DNA from: the human T2T-CHM13v2.0 reference genome, Homo sapiens
Direction: 5' to 3' (one strand)
DNA length: 64,000 nucleotides
Assembly (NCBI RefSeq): GCF_009914755.1
Contig: NC_060947.1
Part shown: in pieces, positions 40,417 to 52,494 of the stretch
Numbering within the stretch: the first letter of the stretch is position 1
Layout: each line of letters starts with the position of its first letter
Program-made: the position numbers and the translations under genes
Notes under the pieces: generated by a model
Database searches by the model: none
Seen by the model: only the letters and a program-made list of their open reading frames with translations
Told to the model about the DNA's origin: nothing

Positions 40417-41354
40417 AAGATAGTCAATAATTGATAACACGTGCTATTGTTTATTTAGGGTGATCACAGAAATCTTAGCAATTAGATATAAATATTGTCT
40501 ATTATAAGATTATTGATACCTTACTAATCTGATACTATTGAAAATCAGGGGAAGCTGGAGGTCTGGAACATACCAAAGGACTGGGATCCAGAGGTGGTAG
40601 TGTCTGTCTCTGTGTCTTTACAATCAGGTTGCCCAGATTGCACATGCCAGTCAATAAGTCTTTATAGAATCAAGTGCCTGGTGATTTCTTGGACTTTATG
40701 AGTACTACGTGTATCATATTTTACTGGTGAGAAAATTGAGCAGGTAGGTAGCACCATGGGCTGGGAAGAGGTAGGAGTTGCTCTTTTTTTTTCACCTACA
40801 AAATAGTAATAGCTATAGTATATACCTAAGCCATTAAACTGTGCAACATGAGCAAGTTACGAAGTAGAGGTTATTATTTGTGCATTTTAAAGATTTTATC
40901 AGGCAGAAACCTAGTTCTGCTCCTAGAATGTCATTTTGGCCTTGAATTATTTTATAATTTGTCCATCAAATGATGCGTCCGTGTGTGTGTATGTATGTGT
41001 GTGTTTTCATGCTGCATATATATGCAAACATGCAGAAAATGCCTCACTTTTGACTTTCTAACTTGGTAATATTTTGAGATATGCTTCATAGAACAGGGCC
41101 ACTTCTGACTTCAGTCTTCTTCCATGGAGTGATTTCACTAGGGACACCTGTAATTCCTTCTGAAAAAATATTTGTTTCTAGTGGCCTCCATCATATTTAA
41201 ATATATTTTACTGTTGTATATCTTAGCATTCTATCTGTAGAAAACCCAGTAAGATTCACGTCAATTAGAAATAATGCTAGGTGCCCCAATATATCACATC
41301 TAGTGGTTGGTTTTCTACCAAACTAAAATTATTAGCCAAATCGTATGAATTATA

Positions 41355-41560
41355 TCTTCTATTTATTGATTGTTCACCATATCCCAGTGCATTATACGGT
41401 CTTATTTAATTTTTCATGACAGCCCAGTGCCAGTTGGTACTATTATTAATCCCATTTTATAGATGGGGACTGTGAGGCTTAGAGGCAAAGTGCATGTTTA
41501 CACAGCTAGTAATTCGTGAGCAGGGCCAGGATTTGAACTCAGGTCTGTGTGAGTTCCCAC
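41355..41560 (-). mobile_element. MIR
   Basis: CCCATTTTATAGATGGGGACTGTGAGGCTTAGAG..GGATTTGAACTCAGGTCTG. Confidence 0.8.
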
Positions 41561-41787
41561 ACCCAAGTCGTCCTGGTAAATAAACAAATCCTATGATCTC
41601 ACTCCCTTTACATGAACTCTCTTGCCCACACTGAAGGGTTTTACAGTGAATAATAAGATAAGTGGACCTGGAAAAAGTTTATATTTTATTTTTTAATTGA
41701 TAAGCCACATGAATTGTCCCTACATGCTCAGTAGGTAATTGTTTATTTTCAAATATCTTTCAGATGCTTTTTGGATAAGCTCTAGCC

Positions 41788-41952
41788 CGGTGCTTCTCAA
41801 ATTTTAGTATAAAAATGAATCACTGGGGATCTTCATAAAATGCAGATTCTTATTCAGTCGGTCTGGGGAAGGATTTGAGATTCTACATTTATAGATAGCT
41901 CCCAGGGGATGGTGGCAATCCTGGTGTGGGGACTACACTTGGAGTAGCAAGG
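41788..41952. mobile_element. MER5A/B (hAT-Charlie)
   Basis: GTGCTTCTCAAA..AAAATGCAGATTCT..GAGTAGCAAGG; 8-bp TSD CTCTAGCC/CTCTAGCT. Confidence 0.85.
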
Positions 41953-44734
41953 CTCTAGCTCACTACATCCTAGCCTTTTCCCTATCCTTGTGATATTCTC
42001 ACTCAAATGTGGAGGTTTTTCAGATCATCCTTCTGGGCTGTAGTAAACATGTTTGCATTGCTCTATTTTCTCAGATCCTAAAATAAATTAGGGTGGGATT
42101 AATGAAAATTAGGCAATAAGGCTAAAGAATGGGGGAAGGTAAGAATATCCGTCTGCAAACCTTTCCTTCTTCTTGTACTCTGCTCTAAAAACCACCTGCC
42201 TTATCTTTTCTATTTTCTTTGTTTTAATTTTTCGGAAAGAGTGTGACTGTATGTGCATGTTTGTGTGTGTGTGCATGTGTGTGTATTTGCACATGCATTT
42301 GGGGGGCTGATTCTGAGACTGAGTATACTAAACCAGAGCCATAGTCACTGGATTCTGCTAGCTTCCATTCCCCAAAACTACTATGGTGCAGAACAGACTG
42401 GGATTTCTAGATGCCTTGCTGTTGGTGGTGTGAGCCAGATCAGACACATAAATGTGAGCAGCTAAATTTTTGTCATGTTTAATTCTGCCTTCCATCTGAA
42501 TACGCTAGCTATAGACACATATAATGTTTTCTTAGCTAGCAAGATAGGATTGTGTGTGTGAGTGTGTGTGTGTTAGGGGGAGGTGGTGGTCAAGAAGGTA
42601 AGTCACAAAGATATGACAGCAGCATATAATATAAACACGTATACATACATATGGAATGGAAGTAGAGGGCTGTGATCTTGGTAAACTTGACTTTAGTTAC
42701 CTCTCGATTTCTTGGGAAGATCTCCACAGAACTTCAGAAAATGTATTTCGTATCAGCAAACAGTACTGGGTTGTGGTTTTGCCACTGTTGTTAGCTAGTA
42801 GTCTGTTTTAGGCAGGTCATTTCTACTCTCTAGACTTCAATTTCTCTATAGGTGAAATGAGAGGATTGACCCCTCCAAGATCCCCGCTTGTTTCTTATCG
42901 TTATTTTTTCTTTCCTTTTGCTAAGGCAAAAACCTGGGGCAATTGCATTGGCCACCACCATCCAAGGGCCAACTCCAGAATTGGTGACAGAAAACCAAAC
43001 CTAAGAAACTTGCAAAGTTCCCTTCACCCAGCAAATTGCAATTTTTCTTAGCCCCTATCAGCTTTTATAATTTCTTTAAATCATCTGTGCTCACTCAGTT
43101 GAGCATGATGTACATGTTTGTTTATAAGACCACAGTTGAGTCATTCAGGAATCATTCCTTGCTGGCAGTATGGCTCTGCTGGTCTCACTGGACAAAGTTT
43201 GAGGGGCCCATCAACAGAAGAAAAGCTTCGTGAGTTTTAGAAAGGATGACACTGTGGATATGTCAGCTACTAGGCTCTGGACATGATGGCTGGCCTTAGC
43301 TTATCCCTCATCTGTGGGATGAGGAATAACTTCTGCCTAGAATGAGGCTTTATTTCTGTCTATAGGCTGCAAACTTTGTCATACCTTTCCCTGCAAACCT
43401 GGCAAATGACTGGGCCAGATTAGGCCAGTGGCACCTTGTGGCACAGAGTACTTTGGGGAGAGAGATTCTGCGCCTTATATTCTTCATCAGTTAGCAGGAG
43501 GCATCTGAACAGCTTAGTATACTAAGGTGAAAACAGGAACCTTTGGCAGAAGTAAAGCAGGCAGAAATGCTTCAATCTACCACCTTCAGTGATGGAGCCA
43601 TGGCAAAAAATAAATTAGAATATTCGAAAACAGGCTACAGGAAAGCATCATGACACATTTGAAATATCCATTCAATAACTAAGCACCTGAATGGCTTGCA
43701 GATTGGAATTTAATATTGTAAGGAGAGAAATGAGACAGCAACACTGAGAATGTACTCCAAGGTTCCCAATTCCCTGGTACTATGGAATTCTATCATTGTT
43801 TACACAGTGTTTGCAAGTCAAATACAGGCAATTTTAAGATGCTTCACATATGAGTTGATTTCTGGATTAATTCCATTCCCAGTCAAAGCAAACACCTGGA
43901 TAGTTTTCTTTCTGTTTGTTTCAAAACATCTTCGGTTCTCTCATATTCCTCTCATCTTCCTCCCTTCTGCATCTCTAATTTCCTGGCCTAGTCTTCTCTA
44001 AGTACTGTGGTTCTGCGTGCCATTCCGGTTTTAGTTGTTAGCTATAGAAAGAACAGAATCTTAGGATTATAGCTCTTGTGGCTGGGAAGGATGGCAGATA
44101 TCTGGTTCAGGTCTCCATGTTGAGATGTACACTGAAGCCAGGTGAATTAGTATCAGTGAAGCCGGGGGCTACATTGGTTCTGAATCCCTGAACCTGCTCA
44201 CATGCTTATCCCCTGGGTAACCATCAGGACTTACCTCAACAGCCAGATACTCACATCACCAAGAACAGAGCAAAACCTACACTGTAGGCTTCATTCGTGC
44301 TGATATTTTGAGTTTTTCCCCAATTATGATGCTGCCAGTTCTTTCCTACCTGTCTGCAACCCGGTCTTTAGTATATCTATTTGAAAGTGTAATTTTAACC
44401 TAAGAAAATACTTACTATGGTTGCTTTAAAAAGTAACAGAATGGGCACCTTTTCAGATCCTACTTGAGTAATCCTCATTCTGCTCTCTCTCAGCAGTGAA
44501 CATTAGAAAGAATTGCCTGATGCAACATAAACAGTTTCACTTAATGCAGAATCCGTTTCTCTTATTTGCTGAGTTGGAAAGAGGCAATTCATTGCATTTT
44601 GGTAACATAGTAATAAATAGAAAGTTTAACAGACGAACCTGGGTGCTTTGGAAGCACAAATTCACCTCCTGCTCCCCTCTGTTACAAAAGCAGAGCCAAG
44701 ATTGTATGGGGTTGATTGAGGTCCTTGAAAAACT

Positions 44735-44738
<4 letters not shown>

Positions 44739-44783
<45 letters not shown>
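44739..44783. repeat. (AC)22 microsatellite
   Basis: Direct reading; uninterrupted. Confidence 0.95.
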
Positions 44784-44785
<2 letters not shown>

Positions 44786-46139
44786 TTTTCTCTCTCTCCC
44801 TATGTATATTGTGAAAGTTTATGAAAACAGCATCTTCCAGGGACCAAAATGTGGATTTTAGGTGACATTCAATTCTTCCTTCGACCTCACAGAGAGAGCT
44901 TCAGAGACTCCTTGACCCTGTGGGTTTCTTTTATCCCAGACTATATATTTGCTTTGAAACGAACTTCGTACTATGTAAATATATTAACATGCCTTTTGAT
45001 TTAGAATAAGCAGATTTTAAAGACATGATGAAAGGTACCATGTGACATCATTTATATCTCAGTTTTTAAAGAGTTTATGGGAAAGGAGACATAATATAAA
45101 TCATCAATAAAACATCAAAAAACCTATGACACCAACAATAGACAATTATGAATGCTGATATATAAATCTGTCATTCTTGTTAAATGCCATGAAGATAAAT
45201 ATATGGCAATAGAAAAGTGGGTCTGGGTGTGCCATGTCAATGTTGTAATCATTTCACATTTGAAGCCAAGGGTTAACATGCACAATCTCTAAAAAGAGCA
45301 TTATCAATTAGTCTATGTCTCTCCTACTCTTATAATAAACTCGGGTAAAGTTCAGAGGTTCTATCTTTCAGGCTGGTTTCCCCGCTTCAGGCTTTTCCTG
45401 AGGGAGTAATAACCTTGCTAAACACTTAACCATCACCAGGTACATGACTGCGATCCAAAGAGCCCAGGTTGTAATAGGGAAAAAGCCCTTCTAGTCTCAT
45501 TCTAAGAGACCATGGAGAAAGATCAGCATCTGTGAATTCAGCTCAGTACCTGCATATGTGGGACATGATCATGACCATTTGTCCGAGTCGATGTGTGTCT
45601 AGGGAGGGAGGGAGGTGTCCACTTTGAAGCAGAGATCTGACTGATGCCCCTCCATTTGCATTTCTTGGTTCCTTTAAGGAAGACAGGCAAACAAATCTGG
45701 CCATTTCTTAAGTTTGAAGGATACAAGACAAAGAAGGTAAATGGGGACCCTGGTTCCTGAACCTTCATGATCCGGCTCCTGGCTCTCTATTTCTGAAGGT
45801 GGCTTTTGACGAAGGGCAGGTATCCTTGGTCCGAGGGCCACACTAATCGATTTTAAGGAGGCCTGGGAGCAGGTTCCCCACGGATCTTAAAATCTACCCA
45901 AGAATGGAGCAAATCATTGTCCAGGGATAGGACAAAGCTGTGGTTCAGGAAAATATTCCCAGTGAAAGGATGTTTTTGGTCATCGCAGGCAGCACCTTGT
46001 CCTATCAACCCTGGAGCTTCTCCCCATTGCATTTCCTCTTCCAAAACAATCTGTTGCTGGCCTCCCTCTGCTCCCTACCACCCTGAGCCCACAGCCAGCC
46101 AGTCAATGCTTCTCCGCCTACAGCAGCCCAGCATCTTCA

Positions 46140-47117
46140 TTCAACCCGCACTTCGCTGCCCCTTGCCCCTCAGCAGCACTCAGGCAGTGAAATGGACCGC
46201 ACCGGCCGCCTGTAGACTTACCCTGAGCCAAGTGGTTTTTTCGGATAAAATCTGTGTCGTCTGGATGTCCACCGGCCAGGATGCGTGGTGCGGCGCCTTG
46301 CCGGACTCCTCTTTTGCGGCGCGAAACAGCAGCCGACTGGGACAGCCCGGGGCCTCTAGGCTGATGGGTGGGTGGGCGGATGAGCACAGGGAAAGGGGCG
46401 GGGTGTAAAGACGAGCGCAAGTACTGGCTCCTACCTTGGCTTCCCCTTTGGATGCTCAGTTATTGCCAAACTTGCCTGTAACAGATCGGCCCTCCTCACC
46501 TTTCACCTTCGCCAGTGCCCTGAAACTCTTTGCTCTACCAATGTCCCTACCCTGTTCTCCCAGCTCTCTAACCCAACCTGAGCCCCTTCAAGCGCACCCA
46601 CTCCCTTCACGCAGCCAGTCACACACAATAAGAGCTAGGGAAGAAACTGACACGGGGAAACTGACAGGGGTAGCTGACACTGTAGTGTGAAGGAGAGGGA
46701 GAAGGAGGGAGGAAGGAAGGGATGGAGAGAGAGGGGAGAGAGAGAGAAAAAAAGAGAGAGAGCCGCATTCACACTCTTACACGCACACTCAAGCTCCAGC
46801 TGTTAGGTAGCGGCTGGCGGGAGCGCTGGCTACCCCTCCAAAACCCTTTTCTACACTAGAGGTTTCTGTCCCCTTCTGCTGCCGTTTCTGGAATATGCTA
46901 TACAGAGAAGGGGAGAGAAAAGCAAAGAGGGGTGGGGAGGGGAAAATCAAGGAGGCACGCTCCCTTTATCCTCCCCACCCCTGTCTCCAAAAATGTCCAA
47001 CCCTGAGCTCTTCCTTTTCCCTTCTTTCTGCGCCCGGCTTCCCTCTGCTCCTGTTCTTTATTCCTCCCTTTGGGGTGGCTGCGAGCTGCGGACAACCCGT
47101 CGTGGTTGTGATGTGGG

Positions 47118-47205
<88 letters not shown>

Positions 47206-47830
47206 TTGAGACAACCGTGGTAGGCAAAAGCACCCCTCACCTCCCCCAGCCCCCGGGCCGAAGCCACTCTCAATCTCCTGGCGGCGGGGCGGGGCGGGGG
47301 AGGCGGGGAGGCGAGAGGGAAAGAGGGAGGACGGGGCAGGCGGCAGGGGCAGCAGCTCCTGCCTTCTTTGCAGCTCCGCGGCCAGGGGTGGAAGGAAGCC
47401 GCAGCCGCAGCCCCAAGTCAACCCCCGCTGCCCCGTCCCACCGTCTCATCTCTCCCCCCTCGGTACGGAATTTTCTGTCTCGTTTGTTTGCTTCCCCAGA
47501 CCTCCCCCTCCCCTGGGTGGTGGCAGAGACGGGAGGGGAGGTGGGAGGCTAAGCGCGGGTGCGGGTAGAGGGGACAGGAGTCCCTCGGAGCATATGGCTA
47601 GCAGAGTCTCTCTTTGCCCCTTGGCCTGAATATCCCCTGCTTTGGGCAGTGACCTTTGCCCACCCCCGTCAGCCTGGGCTCTGGGCCGGTGGTGGCGAGG
47701 CTGCTCCGGCGACCATAGGTCATTCAGGAGGAAGGGGAGTTGAACCTGGGGGAGTAAGGGCGGCGGGCGGCTGGTAGGACAGGGAGACAGCGGAGCGCTG
47801 AGTCGCCAGGGACTGACCTGGGGTCCTATG
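46140..47830 (+). promoter_or_regulatory. CpG-rich promoter / non-coding first-exon region of an unidentified gene
   Basis: Sharp rise in GC and CpG relative to the rest of the window; no interspersed repeats recognised; GC boxes (GGGGCGGGG at about 46395 and 47286-47300); candidate + strand donors AG|GTAGCG (46806/46807) and CG|GTACGG (47462/47463). Strand is inferred. Confidence 0.75.
47119..47205. repeat. Compound microsatellite (TG)12 (AG)18 AA (AG)12
   Basis: Direct reading. Confidence 0.97.
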
Positions 47831-49852
47831 GGGCAGGCTTGGATCCCTGATAGATCTAGATTAATCTAGTTGGAGCTACCTAATTCTCCCATCCGTGCCC
47901 CTCTCACCCATAGGGTCGATCTCCCAAGATCCAGCCTAGATTGATACAGGGAGGGAAAGTGATATTGTAGGATGGGGGCGGGGGGCTAGGTTGCTTAGTG
48001 GTATCTGTTGTGGAGGGAGAGGGGCGGTGTCACCGGACACTTGGGCCACTCTTTGATCTTTACGCCTTCCTTTCACATGAAGCACCTCTCCACTTCTTTC
48101 ACCTTATAGCCTGGCGCTCAGAATGTCCACCCTCTTGAGCCCAACTGGAAGGGGCTAAATAGCCCCACCCCCACCACAAGCCTGAGACTTCTACCTGCAA
48201 CCTGCAGGCGCATAGGTCCACTAGCTGGCAGCATTTCATGGCCTGGCCGCACAGCCCCAAATATTGGCTTTGTCTTTTATCTCCCTTCCTAGCGCTCTCA
48301 GGAAAGGGGCATGTGAGTCTCTGCCTTTCTGGACGCCGGGCTGGTACCTGAAAACCTTTCCCTACCCATTCTCAGAACAATCCCTAGCTCTGAGAAAACT
48401 CCACTGTACTTCCTGTTGCTCTTTAACCCCCTCTGCACGCCCTGGGAGCCTAAGTGTAAGCTCCCGAAAATGCCAGAATCATCTCCCTTGCCTAAATGGC
48501 CGAGTGTTTTCATTGCGGAGCCTGTGAAGCTGGTAGTAGCTATGTTTAGTGGAAGCCCTAAGCACTCTCCTCCTAGCCTACCTTGGAAAAGTCGCTCGGG
48601 GCACCAAGCAAGACAAATTTTCCCCTTGTCGTTAGTCCTCCTAGTCCCGAGGCAGTCCAATATTCTGGAGAGTATTTAGCTTTTGTATGGGAGCAAGGTA
48701 TTGGAGAAAAGAAAATTATTACCCTGGGGGATGAAGAGTTTGTGTCTGGGGGGAAGGGAGTTGGGGAGGAAGAAGTGAGGGTGGAGCTTCCACCTCTTAA
48801 CAACTTAAATACTTCAGGAAGTGTTTCTAAAGATTGGCCAAGAGGGTCGCTGAAAAAAAAAAATCACTTGATTCTTTGCCTTTCATTCAAAGGCAGTTTT
48901 ACTGTGAACCAGCAAACTAATATACAGTCTCCCAAACAAGGGAGGTCTATGTTGTGATTAAGCCGTCTTCCCTTTGGCATGAGGGTGAGTAGAATATGTG
49001 ACCGTGGATAAAACTTTGGGGGCATTTCCCTTTTTTTAGCCAAACTGCAGTCCAGCTGAGACTTCCACTCCAAGCCCAGATGCAACCAGAAGCAGTGCTC
49101 AGGGAGAGCAAAAGCCTTATTCTTGTGAGCTGTTTCCTTCAAAGGCCCTATATCCAATGCACTTGTCTTTAACATATGAGGACTGTGTGTGCTTCTGAAA
49201 TTTGGAGCTTTCCCAGTGGACTGTGGATAAGGTTAAAATTTCTTTCTCTGCTCCTGCCCTATCCTGTTTCTGCCCTATCCTTCTAACCTCTTCAGATCAA
49301 GGATATATAAAGAAAAATCCTTTCAAAAGTTAAAAGCACCATACAAATGCCAGGCATTACTATACGAATTCCAAAACAAACTTAGCAGAGTATCTCCTAG
49401 TGCAATTAGAAAGCTGACTTAGGCAGGGACCCAAGCTTTGTCTAGGTTGCTTGTCAGCCTTGGGGCTGGGTGGCTCATCTTCTCTGTCAATAGGGACATA
49501 TTCTGGTTTTCCACTTGGTGGCTGAGTGTGTATGTCTCCCAGGGTAGTTTGCACCTAGAGGCTACATCTGCAAAAGTGGCTCAAAGCCAAAAATGGAAGC
49601 CACTATCTGACTAATTTAAGCCCAGAACTACCTAGCTTCTAGACTAGGTTTACTTACATGGCCTGGCCTATTCAAATACCATGACAGGTATGACTGTTAA
49701 AATGTAATTGAGACATACTCTTTTCTCCTCTCTTCTTACAGCCTTGACCATAGTGGTAAATGGTATATGTAGACCAGAGTTTAATGTAACATCGTAGGTG
49801 AAGAGAAACTGTTATGAGGAATCCAGAGAGTGGGGTTTTCCCAGTCATTAAG

Positions 49853-50074
49853 CAGGGTTTCTCAACCTCGATGCTATTGATATTTTAGGCCAGATGATTC
49901 CTTTTGTTGGGGGGCTGCCCTGTGCATTGTAGAATGTTTAGCAGCATCCTTGGCCTCTGTCTGTTAGATTCCAGTAGGAACCCACACCCCATTTGTGACA
50001 ACCAAAAATGCGTCCAGGCATGGCCAAATGTCCACTGGGGAGCAAAATTATCCCCTCACCATATAGAATGAGTG
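49853..50074 (-). mobile_element. MER20 (hAT-Charlie)
   Basis: CAGGGTTTCTCAACCTC..TGTGCATTGTAGAATGTTTAGCAGCATCC..TTGTGACAACCAAAAATG. Confidence 0.9.
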
Positions 50075-51989
50075 CCATTTAAGGTAATGTCACATTTCAA
50101 AGACCATATTTTAACCTTAATTCTACCCACATGGCATGTCCAGACTTTGCATTGAACAGAGTCTCAGAAAATAATGAATATTTTGTGAGGAAACGACATA
50201 AAAAGGAACCCTCACAAATTAGCTAAGTTTTGACAAATGGTGGAATTCATTGTTATCAACAATGCCATCTTCTGGTTACCATCAAATTCTTGTCAAGCAC
50301 ACACTATGAGTAGGGTATTGATTATAGCAAAGATCTGTAAGACATAATCCCAGCCTTCAGTATGCTAAGAAACTATTGACCTTTCTTTCCCCAAGGGGAA
50401 AGGGTTACTGATTTTCATAGATAACCAATTTCTGGATTGAATCCAACCTGGCTTTTTCCCTCTTCTATTTCCTATTTGTCCCCAAACAGTGGCTTATTGT
50501 TTGAGGTTCTGCCTTATAGAGATTGCATTTTGTTTTGCTAATTAGCATAGTCCTACAACAATTTTTTGTGACTTCTCAGCGTGTGGCATTTGTGTCATAA
50601 CACTGTATCCAGCATAAAAATGACTACAACATCACAAAGGCTGTAACAAATTGAGCAATTTGAAAGCAGGTTTTTGTTTTCAAGGAAAGTTTCTAACTAC
50701 TTGCATGCTAGAGAAATACTCAACAATGGCAAAAGCAAAAGAAATGGAATGTAAAAAGAGGTGATTCTTAAAATACTGTGGAGTGTTGAAAAAATATCTC
50801 AGTGTGATTATGGGTTTTAACACTCAGCACTATCTCTACCTCAGGAAGTCAAACAACACTAATGCAAGTTGTAGGATCTTGATCAGGAATTCAGCAAAGG
50901 AAAATGCAGGAGAAAGCATGGAATATCTGTTCAAATCAGTTGAGTAAGCTCCTGCCTTAGAAAATAAGTTTCCGGTGAGCCAGGCAGGACTGCATCAGTG
51001 TTACTTGCTTTGGATAATTCTTAGCCCAATACCACGTATATATATAGCAACATGTCACTTATAAAGACTAATGCAGGAACCAACAATTAGCACATTCAAA
51101 CTTTACACATTCATACATTATGATGCTATTGCCAAGACTAATTATTTATTTAAATAAAAGTTTTGCCTGAATTGGGACGACGAATGACTGTAATTGAAAA
51201 ATATGTTTCATTTTTCAAGAGAACATTTAAACTGTTATATCAGAATGGGATCCCTGTAATCAAGGGATAAAGCCTTACATTAATTAATGATTAATCTTAA
51301 TAAAAGATGTGTAAACAGAGCTTCACTTCATGGATTAGCTAAGGACTTTGCTGTCCTCACCATTAATAGCAATGCAAATGGGGCCAGCTCTGAGCAAATT
51401 TGTAAAGTGTAATTGCAGAATCATAGGACATTGCAGAATATTGGACCATTGAGAAGCACCTTGCCTGAGGTTAGAGGATAGTGACAGAGAAGGCTCCAAT
51501 TGTGTCTTGCTGGTCTGTGACTGACTCTGTGGGACCTCAGGAAGAGTAGGTTTAGTCTTTACTTTGCCTGCCCCCTCCCCAGCTTATTAAAAACTATCCC
51601 TCATGGAATGATATAATCTGTCCTAATCACTATACTAATGTGTTCCCTCTCCCAGGAGTAGATTGGTCTTCAGCTTTTTTTTTTTTTTTTTTCCAATTGT
51701 GGGGAAAAGGGCTCTATCTCTTTAATGAAAAGAGTTCAAGCATGAGGGAACATGTATGTCCTTGGGATGAGGACTTCCTGAAGCTCCTAAAAATCACCCC
51801 AACTGCAGATCATGTTTTATAAAATCTATGGAGGCTGGGAGTAGGGCCAAGAAATTTCAGCATTTCTCTCCGGAAAGTTTGTCATTGTGAAGGAGTAGTT
51901 GGTGAGCCATGCTTTATTCTTGATCAAAGACACAAGTCCTTATGGACAGAGTAATGAGAGGCGAGCTATGGGAGGTTCCTACAGAGTAG

Positions 51990-52200
51990 GTGGTGGTAAA
52001 GGGTGTAGGCTTTGGAGTCAGACCTGGGTTTGAATTCCAGATTCATGTTTCTTAGCTATGGAAATTAGGTTACATGGACTTTGGTTTGCTTATCTGTAAG
52101 CTGGGGACAATGACTCACAGTGTCGTTTAGTGGATTTAATTGGATAATGCATAAGCCTAGCACAGAGCCTAATATATAGCAGTAGCTCACTAACTGCTAA
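51990..52200 (+). mobile_element. MIR
   Basis: GGCTTTGGAGTCAGACCTGGGTTTGAATTCCAG..ATCTGTAAGCTGGGGACAAT. Confidence 0.8.
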
Positions 52201-52345
52201 TTTCCTTTCTTCTCCCTTTCTGCCTTTTTGTATTGAAGTGACTCATAACATAAAATTAATCATCTTAAACTATACAATTTAGTGACATTCAGTATATTCA
52301 CAATGTTGTGCAACCTTCACCTCTATCTAGTTCCAAAACATTTTC

Positions 52346-52494
52346 TTTTTTTTTTTTGCCTTTTTTTTCCTTTTTGTGGAGAACAGGGCCTCGCTATATT
52401 GTCCAGGCACGTCTCAAACTCCTGGGCTCAAGCTATCCTCCCACCTCTGCCTCCCTAAGAACTGGGATTATAGGCATGAGACACCGCGCCTGGC
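52346..52494 (-). pseudogene. BC200 (BCYRN1) retropseudogene lacking the unique 3' C-rich domain
   Basis: Minus strand: CCCAGTTCTTAGGGAGGCAGAGGTGGGAGGATAGCTTGAGCCCAGGAG..TGCCTGGACAATATAGCGAGGCCCTGTTCTCCACAAAAAGGAAAAAAAA (BC200 diagnostics); perfect 14-bp TSD TCCAAAACATTTTC. Confidence 0.88.

Noticed and set aside
45917-46420. 163-aa and 100-aa ORFs at the CpG-rich edge
   Set aside because: No recognisable domain; stop-codon scarcity is expected in GC-rich sequence
47080-47100. Partial REST/RE1 similarity (GCTGCGGACAAC)
   Set aside because: Left half-site TTCAGCACC is missing
46895-47568. Overlapping ORFs with ER/SL/HT/VC dipeptide runs
   Set aside because: Translation of the (TG)n(AG)n microsatellite and GC-rich stop-poor DNA; no coding evidence
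46140-47830. Assigning a gene name to the promoter
   Set aside because: No coding exon lies in the window, and I cannot identify the locus reliably without a database search
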